Assembly: GCA_013375485.1 (NCBI GenBank)
Contig: JABXKB010000001.1
Span: 1 to 56,100 of the forward strand
Source of the DNA: Promethearchaeota archaeon
GTDB lineage: Archaea > Asgardarchaeota > Lokiarchaeia > Sigyniarchaeales > SOKP01
Reading direction: 5' to 3'
DNA: 56,100 nt
Shown here piece by piece: positions 50,083 to 56,100 of the stretch (its first letter is position 1; each line of letters begins with the position of its first letter). Under the pieces are notes generated by a model. That model saw nothing but the letters and a program-made list of their open reading frames with translations, was not told the DNA's origin and searched no databases. Made by a program: the position numbers and the translations under genes.

Positions 50083-50503
50083 TTAGTATCTCCTCTATAG
50101 CTAAACTAGCTAAGTAGTCTAACCGCTTAGGGTGATTCTCAAATTCTTCTTCAGTTAAATGTTTACCATTAATATACCATCGTTTACTGCCACTAACATA
50201 CTCACAAGCTGGCCCATCTAAGCGATGTAACTTATCGTCAATAAACCAATATTTACTGCCATTAGCAAACTCAACCGCTGGCCCATCAAGGCGATGCAAC
50301 TTACCTTCAACATACCATTCCCTATGACCATTAGCATACTCAATTGCTGGCCCATCTAAGCGATGACGTTTACCCTCAACATACCACCATTTATAACCAT
50401 TGGCATACTCAACAGCTGGCCCATCAAGGCGATGTAGTTTCTTCGTATCATCATAATAATTTAAAATACTACCGTCTAAGTAATAAAATTTATTTTTCTT
50501 CAC
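50069..50503 (-). CDS. MORN-like repeat protein, 4 repeats
   Basis: 4 cores; tail LASLAIEEILSEEK. Confidence 0.8.
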   Translation of the reverse strand: MKKNKFYYLDGSILNYYDDTKKLHRLDGPAVEYANGYKWWYVEGKRHRLDGPAIEYANGHREWYVEGKLHRLDGPAVEFANGSKYWFIDDKLHRLDGPACEYVSGSKRWYINGKHLTEEEFENHPKRLDYLASLAIEEILSEEK

Positions 50504-50852
50504 TTAGTATCTCCTCTATAGCTAAACTAGCTAAGTAATCTTGCCTTTTAGGATGCACTTCAAATTCTTCTTCAGTTAAATGTTTACCATTAATACACCA
50601 ATATTTATCACCATCGGCGCACTCAATTGCCGGCCCATCTAAGCGATGTAACTTATCTTCAACATACCACTCTTTATCACCATCAGCCCACTCAACAGCT
50701 GGCCCATCAAGGCGATGACGTTTACCCTCAACATACCAATATTTATCACCATCAGCAAACTCAACCGCTGGCCCATCTAAACGATGTAGTTCCTTATTGC
50801 GATTATAATAATCTAAAATACTACCGTCTGAGTAATAATATTTATTTCCCAT
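50490..50852 (-). CDS. MORN-like repeat protein, 3 repeats
   Basis: 3 cores; tail LASLAIEEILSEEK. Confidence 0.8.
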   Translation of the reverse strand: MGNKYYYSDGSILDYYNRNKELHRLDGPAVEFADGDKYWYVEGKRHRLDGPAVEWADGDKEWYVEDKLHRLDGPAIECADGDKYWCINGKHLTEEEFEVHPKRQDYLASLAIEEILSEEK

Positions 50853-51339
50853 CTAATAATTCCTCTATGGCTAAACTAGCCAAGTAATCTTTTCTTTTGG
50901 GGTGTGTTTCAAATTCTTTTTCAGTTAAATATTTACCATTAACATACCGCGCTTTATAACCATTAGCGTACTCAACTGCTGGCCCATCAAGGCGATGACG
51001 TTTACCCTCAACATACCAACATTTATCGCCATTAGCGCACTCAATCGCTGGCCCATCAAGACGATGACGTTTACCCTCAACATACCATTCCCTATGACCA
51101 TTGGCATACTCAACAGCTGGCCCATCTAAGCGATGACGTTTATCTTCAATAAACCAATATTTATTACCATTAGCGCACTCAATCGCTGGCCCATCAAGAC
51201 GATGACGTTTACCCTCAACATACCACGCTTTATAACCATTAGCGTACTCAATTGCTGGCCCCTTAAGGCGATGTAGCTTCTTATTGCAATCATAATAATC
51301 TAAAATACTACCATCTAAGTAATAAATTTTATCTTCCAT
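50842..51339 (-). CDS. MORN-like repeat protein, 5 repeats
   Basis: 5 cores; tail LASLAIEELLDGK. Confidence 0.8.
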   Translation of the reverse strand: MEDKIYYLDGSILDYYDCNKKLHRLKGPAIEYANGYKAWYVEGKRHRLDGPAIECANGNKYWFIEDKRHRLDGPAVEYANGHREWYVEGKRHRLDGPAIECANGDKCWYVEGKRHRLDGPAVEYANGYKARYVNGKYLTEKEFETHPKRKDYLASLAIEELLDGK

Positions 51340-51628
51340 CTAATACATTCCTCTCAAACAACTCAGTCTTAAAGCAATTTATGCCACCTATCTTAAAGCG
51401 CCTACCTATTGGGTTATTATCTTCTTTAATCATCAGCCAATCTATTTCAAGCGGATATCTTATGGTATAAACACCTTCGCGGTAACTATCTATCCTTCCA
51501 TCTACCACATTACAGATAGCCGCTAATATACGAGTAGGAATCTGCTTCAAAATACGCTCAGATATATAGTTACACGAGATTTCGTCTATATCATTTATAT
51601 TCGTTAATAAATCCCACGTTTTCTTCAT
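51329..51628 (-). CDS. hypothetical protein interrupting array C
   Basis: no MORN repeats; tail FKTELFERNVLDGR. Confidence 0.55.
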   Translation of the reverse strand: MKKTWDLLTNINDIDEISCNYISERILKQIPTRILAAICNVVDGRIDSYREGVYTIRYPLEIDWLMIKEDNNPIGRRFKIGGINCFKTELFERNVLDGR

Positions 51629-52029
51629 AGCACATTCCTTTCAAACAATTCATTACGATAAGCTTCAAACCTTTCGTAAGTTAAACGCTTACCATTAATA
51701 TACCAGCGCTTATTACCATTGGCCCATTCAATTGCTGGCCCATCTAAACGATGTAACTTACCCTCAACACACCATTCTTTATCGCCACTAGCATGCTCAA
51801 CTGCTGGCCCATCTAAGCGATGTAACTTACCTTTAACATACCATCGTTTACTGCCATTGGCATACTCAACAGCTGGCCCGTCTAAGCGATGTAGTTTATC
51901 TTCAATCCACCACTCTTTATCACCATCAACGTACTCAGCTGCTGGCCCATCTAAACGATGTAACTTCTTATTGCGATTATAATAATCTAAAACACTACCG
52001 TCTGAGTAATAATATTTATCTTCCTTCAT
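51625..52029 (-). CDS. MORN-like repeat protein, 4 repeats, array-closing tail
   Basis: 4 cores; tail LTYERFEAYRNELFERNVL. Confidence 0.8.
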   Translation of the reverse strand: MKEDKYYYSDGSVLDYYNRNKKLHRLDGPAAEYVDGDKEWWIEDKLHRLDGPAVEYANGSKRWYVKGKLHRLDGPAVEHASGDKEWCVEGKLHRLDGPAIEWANGNKRWYINGKRLTYERFEAYRNELFERNVL

Positions 52030-52519
52030 CTAATAATTCCTCTATGGCTAAACTAGCTAAGTAGTCTTGCCTTTTAGGATGCGCTTCAAATTGTTTTTCA
52101 GTTAGGTATTTACCTTCAACATACCATTCCCTATGACCATTAGCATACTCAATTGCTGGCCCGTCTAAGCGATGCAACTTACCTTCAACATACCATTCCC
52201 TATCACCATTAGCATACTCAATTGCCGGCCCATCTAAGCGATGACGTTTATCTTCAGTCCGCCACTCTTTACAACCATTAGCCCACTCAATTGCTGGCCC
52301 ATCAAGACGATGTAACTTACCTTCAACATACCATTCCCTATGACCATTAGCATACTCAATTGCTGGCCCGTCTAAGCGATGACGTTTATCTTCAACATAC
52401 CACGCTTTACAACTGTCAGCATACTCAACTGCTGGCCCGTCTAAGCGATGTAGCTTCTTATTACAATCACAATAATCTAAAACACTACCATCTAAGTAAT
52501 AATAATATTTATTTTCCAT
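52016..52519 (-). CDS. MORN-like repeat protein, 5 repeats
   Basis: 5 cores; tail LASLAIEELLDEGR. Confidence 0.8.
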   Translation of the reverse strand: MENKYYYYLDGSVLDYCDCNKKLHRLDGPAVEYADSCKAWYVEDKRHRLDGPAIEYANGHREWYVEGKLHRLDGPAIEWANGCKEWRTEDKRHRLDGPAIEYANGDREWYVEGKLHRLDGPAIEYANGHREWYVEGKYLTEKQFEAHPKRQDYLASLAIEELLDEGR

Positions 52520-52802
52520 CTAATAATTCCTCTATAGCTAAACTAGCTAAATAATCATAACGCTTAGGATGTGTTTCAAATTCTTCTTCAGTTAAATGTT
52601 TACCATTAACATACCACGCCTTATAACCATTAGCGTACTCAACTGCTGGCCCATCTAAGCGATGACGTTTATCTTCAACATGCCACTCTTTATTACCATC
52701 AGCATACTCAACAGCTGGCCCATCTAAGCGATGTAACTTCTTGTTCCAATCACAATAATTTAAAATACTGCCGTCTAAGTAATAAAATTTATTTTTCTTC
52801 AC
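52509..52802 (-). CDS. MORN-like repeat protein, 2 repeats
   Basis: 2 cores; tail LASLAIEELLDGK. Confidence 0.8.
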   Translation of the reverse strand: MKKNKFYYLDGSILNYCDWNKKLHRLDGPAVEYADGNKEWHVEDKRHRLDGPAVEYANGYKAWYVNGKHLTEEEFETHPKRYDYLASLAIEELLDGK

Positions 52803-53226
52803 TTAGTATCTCCTCTATCGCCAAACTAGCTAAGTAGTCTTTTCTTTTGGGGTGGGCTTCAAATTCTTCTTCAGTTAAACGCTTACCATTAATAATCCAC
52901 CACCTTTTACCACCATCAGCAAACTCAACCGCTGGCCCATCAAGGCGATGACGTTTATCCTCAACATACCATTCCCTATGACCATTGGCAAACTCAACAG
53001 CTGGCCCGTCTAAGCGATGTAACTTACCATTAACATACCACTCTTTACAACCATTAGCCCACTCAATTGCTGGCCCATCAAGACGATGTAACTTACCTTC
53101 AACATGCCAATATTTACTGCCATTGGCATACTCAGCTGCTGGCCCATCTAAGCGATGTAGTTCCTTATCCCAATCATAATAATCTAAAATACTACCGTCT
53201 AAGTAATAATATTTATTTTCTTTCAT
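52789..53226 (-). CDS. MORN-like repeat protein, 4 repeats
   Basis: 4 cores; tail LASLAIEEILSEEK. Confidence 0.8.
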   Translation of the reverse strand: MKENKYYYLDGSILDYYDWDKELHRLDGPAAEYANGSKYWHVEGKLHRLDGPAIEWANGCKEWYVNGKLHRLDGPAVEFANGHREWYVEDKRHRLDGPAVEFADGGKRWWIINGKRLTEEEFEAHPKRKDYLASLAIEEILSEEK

Positions 53227-53509
53227 TTAATATCTCCTCTATAGCTAAACTAGCTAAATAATCATAACGCTTAGGATGTGTTTCAAATTCTTCTTCAGTT
53301 AGGTATTTACCATTAACCCACCATCGTTTACTACCACTAGAAAACTCAACCGCTGGTCCATCTAAGCGATGACGTTTACCCTTAACATACCACCATTTAC
53401 TGCCACTAGCATACTCAATTGCTGGCCCATCAAGGCGATGTAGTTTCTTCGTATCATCATAATAATTTAAAATACTACCGTCTAAGTAATAAAATTTATC
53501 TCTTTTCAC
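53213..53509 (-). CDS. MORN-like repeat protein, 2 repeats
   Basis: 2 cores; tail LASLAIEEILNERK. Confidence 0.8.
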   Translation of the reverse strand: MKRDKFYYLDGSILNYYDDTKKLHRLDGPAIEYASGSKWWYVKGKRHRLDGPAVEFSSGSKRWWVNGKYLTEEEFETHPKRYDYLASLAIEEILNERK

Positions 53510-53999
53510 TTAGTATCTCCTCTATAGCTAAACTAGCTAAGTAATCTTGCCTTTTAGGGTGCGCTTCAAATTGTTTTTCAGTTAGGTATTTACCTTCAAC
53601 ATACCATTCCCTATGACCATTAGCATACTCAATTGCTGGCCCGTCTAAGCGATGACGTTTATCTTCAACATACCACGCTTTACCACCATCAGCAAACTCA
53701 ACCGCTGGCCCATCAAGGCGATGCAACTTACCTTCAACATACCATTCCCTATGACCATTAGCATACTCAATTGCCGGCCCATCTAAGCGATGACATTTAC
53801 CCTTAACATACCATGCGTTATTACCATTAGCATACTCAATTGCTGGCCCATCTAAGCGATGAATCTTATCTTCAATATACCAATATTTACTGCCATTGGC
53901 ATACTCAACAGCTGGCCCATCAAGGCGATGTAACTTCTTGTTCCAATCTTTATAATCTAAAATACTACCATCTAAGTAATAAAATTTATTTTTCTTCAC
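53496..53999 (-). CDS. MORN-like repeat protein, 5 repeats
   Basis: 5 cores; tail LASLAIEEILSEKR. Confidence 0.8.
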   Translation of the reverse strand: MKKNKFYYLDGSILDYKDWNKKLHRLDGPAVEYANGSKYWYIEDKIHRLDGPAIEYANGNNAWYVKGKCHRLDGPAIEYANGHREWYVEGKLHRLDGPAVEFADGGKAWYVEDKRHRLDGPAIEYANGHREWYVEGKYLTEKQFEAHPKRQDYLASLAIEEILSEKR

Positions 54000-54210
54000 T
54001 TAGTATCTCCTCTATAGCTAAACTAGCTAAGTAATCATAACGCTTAGGATGCGCTTCAAATTCTTCTTCAGTTAAATGTTTACCATTAATATACCATCGT
54101 TTACTGCCACTAACATACTCAATTGCTGGCCCATCTAAGCGATGTAGTTTCTTATCCCAATCATAATAACCTAAAACACTACCATCTAAGTAACAATATT
54201 TATCTCCCAC
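53986..54210 (-). CDS. MORN-like repeat protein, 1 repeat (minimal member, first gene of array C)
   Basis: N-cap + single HRLDGPA core + tail LASLAIEEILSEEK in 74 aa. Confidence 0.75.
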   Translation of the reverse strand: MGDKYCYLDGSVLGYYDWDKKLHRLDGPAIEYVSGSKRWYINGKHLTEEEFEAHPKRYDYLASLAIEEILSEEK

Positions 54211-54529
54211 CTAATACATTCCTCTCAAATAACTCAGCCTTAATTTTTTCTTCACAACACCTTTTTCTTAAAAAACCCCTTTTAACAAAACTATAATCTA
54301 AATATAAACCATACTCTACATCTGTACCACGAACCCTAACCCTTAAATGTGCTGTCTTTCCATTCTTATGTATATAGTGCCAGAATCTATGTTCATTATG
54401 AGTTTGATTCATAACCTCTAACAATCCCTCTAAGGTACTAGAAGGAAGGGTAGACGGGTCAAACTGGTCATACTGACGGCTATATTGGCACAGTACTTCA
54501 ACTACACTTTCTAACACTAATGAATCCAC
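54200..54529 (-). CDS. hypothetical protein (LESVV family)
   Basis: GTG start after GGAGGCAAGTA; tail KIKAELFERNVLGGR. Confidence 0.6.
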   Translation of the reverse strand: MDSLVLESVVEVLCQYSRQYDQFDPSTLPSSTLEGLLEVMNQTHNEHRFWHYIHKNGKTAHLRVRVRGTDVEYGLYLDYSFVKRGFLRKRCCEEKIKAELFERNVLGGR

Positions 54530-54842
54530 TACTTGCCTCCACCTAACACATTCCTCTCAAATAACTCAGCCTCAATATTTTCCTTACAATCACTTTCTCC
54601 TAAAAAACCACTACCACTAAAAATATCGTATAATATATACCTGTATCATTATCAACCTCAATCTCGAACCATATTTCTTTAGTAGCACTTTTCTTAAACC
54701 ACCCCCAATTACAGCCTTTATTTATAACTTCTAACAATCCCTCTAGAGTATTAGAAGGAAGGGTGGATAGGTCGCACTGACTCCAATCATAGCTGTACCT
54801 GTGCACCACCTTAACTACACTTTCTAATACTGATATTTCCAC
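54529..54842 (-). pseudogene. frameshifted paralogue of 54200..54529 (or programmed frameshift)
   Basis: N-part (GTG 54842, ISVLESVVKVV...STLPSNTLEGLLEV) stops at 54600; homologous C-part SGSGFLGESDCKENIEAELFERNVLGGGK is in another frame ending TAG 54529-54531; switch must lie in GTATATATTATAC near 54630-54642. Confidence 0.55.
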
Positions 54843-54879
54843 TACTCGCCTCCAACTGATACTATACCATGATAATATT

Positions 54880-54890
54880 TCGTATCGGTT
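54880..54890 (-). promoter_or_regulatory. AACCGATTCGAT-class motif, copy 12 (CCGATACGA variant)
   Basis: minus-sense CTATCAACCGATACGAAATA; 38 nt before GTG 54842. Confidence 0.45.
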
Positions 54891-54891
54891 G

Positions 54892-55290
54892 ATAGATATT
54901 TTATAAGTATTTGATATTATAGAGGCTAATATAGATCAAGGCGCAGTAAAGGGCGGGGGTGGGGCGGCGAGCAATTTGCGCTTACAGCTTAACTTTATTT
55001 TAGCTTAGTATATAGAGCCAGTAATGGCGCCAGTATGGACCCTGCGAGGATACGTGATCTTCTCCCCCTAGGGGCTAAGGACATGCGGTCGTGATTAGCT
55101 AAGAACGGTCGTAATCTTGTTTCTCTAGGCCCTTTTTACACGTTTATTGGTTTTTTTGGGAAGGATTTTGTGGGGACCTGATGGAGCTAGGGTAGTAAAA
55201 TAAAGCGGCCAATGAGCTCAGGGGGCGTAAAGTGCGCCGGCCAATGGGTGGCGTAGCAGTGTCAGTTGTTGTTAGGTCACTGGGGCTCGC
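54892..55290. other. ~400-nt GC-rich non-coding island with tandem imperfect duplications
   Basis: no ORF of 60 aa or more on either strand; pairs GCCAGTAATGG/GCCAGTATGG (55017-55038), GCTAAGGACATGCGGTCGTGAT/GCTAAGAACGGTCGTAAT (55074-55115), CGGCCAATGAG.../CGGCCAATGGG... (55207-55263); box GTGGCGTAGCAGTGTC at 55248-55263. Confidence 0.6.
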
Positions 55291-55548
55291 TTATCGGTCG
55301 GTAAGTACCACTTTCTCAAACTCTTCATTTGCCCAAGTTTCGAGTATTTCTTTAATATCCGCTTGACAGTCCGCAAATAAACAGCCAGGCTTTCCACTGC
55401 GCTTACCATATACGTTTACAGGACACTTAACACAACTCTTAAGAAAATAATGTTGGCACGCCTTCCGAGTGAAGTTAGTCTTATTGCTATCACCACCATT
55501 TTCATACATCTTTGTTAGAAATTCAAGTTCAAATTTAGTCAACTTCAT
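55291..55548 (-). CDS. hypothetical protein (FELEFL family)
   Basis: start at MKLTKFELEFL; tail ILETWANEEFEKVVLTDR. Confidence 0.55.
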   Translation of the reverse strand: MKLTKFELEFLTKMYENGGDSNKTNFTRKACQHYFLKSCVKCPVNVYGKRSGKPGCLFADCQADIKEILETWANEEFEKVVLTDR

Positions 55549-55567
55549 AAACAACCTCTAATAAGGT

Positions 55568-55589
55568 GGGCTGAACTTTCGCTCAGCCC
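55568..55589 (-). terminator. hairpin after 55618..56046 (weak terminator)
   Basis: GGGCTGA-(8-nt loop)-TCAGCCC; poor U-run on the minus strand. Confidence 0.35.
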
Positions 55590-55617
55590 GTATTTAAGTT
55601 TAGATTTGGAGCTTTGA

Positions 55618-56046
55618 TTACTCGCTGTCTTCAGCACCAAGTCCTAGACTTGCTCTAAGTTCAGCTGGTATTTTATCAAGATCAACTTGAATGTCTTTTG
55701 CTTTAGCAGCTTTGAGTTCTGTGCTGCGTTTCTCAATTGCTGCATCGATCTCCTTAGTTTCTTTGCCAGCAGCTTCGAACTGCTTCTTGAGTAGTCTTAG
55801 GTTCTTCATCTGTGAATCACCTTGACCAGCTCTTGAACCAGGATTAGCGGCAACATAAGTCACATTGCCATTGAAGCGCTTATCTTTGCGATACCAATTG
55901 CTCACTAGTCCGCTCACATAAGCCTTGAGTTTAGAGTCATCTGCTAGTTTCTCTTTGTTGGCTGGAGTATCTTTAAGGTCGATCTCACCAGCTTTGAAAC
56001 TCTCACAAATGATTGAAGTGATTGACTGTCTCATGTCTTCGGTCAT
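55618..56046 (-). CDS. hypothetical protein, GC-richer paralogue of 29006..29497; may extend beyond window
   Basis: frame remains open upstream of ATG 56046 to the window end; C-term VDLDKIPAELRASLGL. Confidence 0.6.
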   Translation of the reverse strand: MTEDMRQSITSIICESFKAGEIDLKDTPANKEKLADDSKLKAYVSGLVSNWYRKDKRFNGNVTYVAANPGSRAGQGDSQMKNLRLLKKQFEAAGKETKEIDAAIEKRSTELKAAKAKDIQVDLDKIPAELRASLGLGAEDSE

Positions 56047-56100
56047 AACGTCCTTGATGTTTGAGTTGTCCTCGAATTCAACTCCGTTCTCTGCTAGAAC

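Larger units (their letters stand above)
49666..54210 (-). repeat. MORN-like gene array C (11 paralogues, one unrelated insert at 51329..51628)
   Basis: 69-nt periodicity; near-identical junctions. Confidence 0.9.

Noticed and set aside
26189-54034. Recurrent plus-strand ORFs of about 64 aa (MLAHLSD...SISSIAKLAK and similar). They lie at 26189, 40741, 41297, 50344, 50627, 52360, 53067 and 53840. Related ORFs are 51719..51982, 52985..53179 and the nested minus ORF 50925..51125.
   Set aside because: They are antisense or alternative-frame shadows of the MORN repeats and junctions. Their apparent conservation simply mirrors the repeated nucleotide sequence. They have no SD and low-complexity composition, and they start inside the sense genes.
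39651-54210. CRISPR-like regular periodicity (69-nt repeats) in the three arrays.
   Set aside because: The periodic units are contiguous, in-frame coding repeats with no unique spacers. There is no leader and there are no cas genes in the window.
25280-54210. Diversity-generating retroelement or retron driving the repeat variation.
   Set aside because: No ORF in the window has reverse-transcriptase motifs (YxDD). No template/variable repeat pair with adenine-specific mismatches was evident.
42536-55290. tRNA or tmRNA genes in the GC-rich islands.
   Set aside because: No GTTCRANYC T-loop, acceptor/CCA context or cloverleaf spacing was found on either strand by eye. A tRNAscan/ARAGORN run would be definitive.
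1-56100. Prophage boundaries, an integration module or transposable elements.
   Set aside because: No integrase, recombinase or transposase motifs, att-like flanks or host housekeeping genes were seen. The single HNH endonuclease (21322..21654) is free-standing with no evidence of an intron or intein context.

Overview
AT-rich (roughly 30% GC) segment of a large, virulent-type bacteriophage genome. It holds about 150 short, tightly packed genes, mostly on the minus strand. They use strong GGAGG-type Shine-Dalgarno sites, frequent ATGA/TAATG/GTGA start-stop overlaps, and GTG/TTG starts. I saw no tRNA, rRNA, CRISPR array, integrase, transposase or reverse transcriptase.

Recognisable functions:
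- Nucleotide and DNA metabolism: ATP-dependent DNA ligase, T4 gp42-like deoxypyrimidine hydroxymethylase, T4 gp1-like dNMP kinase, MazG/DUF5664-like NTP pyrophosphohydrolase, and a degenerate ThyX homologue.
- ATPase and proteases: a MoxR AAA+ ATPase with a VWA/metallopeptidase partner that carries a DnaJ-type zinc-finger insert, and three ClpP-fold proteases.
- Other enzymes: two metallophosphoesterases, a HAD phosphatase, an HNH endonuclease and an Smr-domain protein.
- Envelope-targeted: a signal-peptide lytic transglycosylase and two exported metzincin-like proteases.
- Regulation: a sigma region-2-like protein.

Most striking observations:
1. Twenty-two paralogous genes (about 16% of the window) are built from a 23-aa MORN-like repeat. 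They lie in three tandem arrays joined by near-identical, translationally coupled junction cassettes.
2. An intergenic motif, AACCGATTCGAT, occurs in 12 orientation-locked minus-strand copies plus one plus-strand variant. It is a candidate phage-specific promoter or operator.
3. Two GC-rich non-coding islands share a GACACYGCTACGCCAC box. One is a structured-RNA candidate with a terminator at 42.58-42.72 kb. The other is a 400-nt island with tandem duplications at 54.9-55.3 kb.

All functional calls rest on motif recognition by eye. No database search was run.
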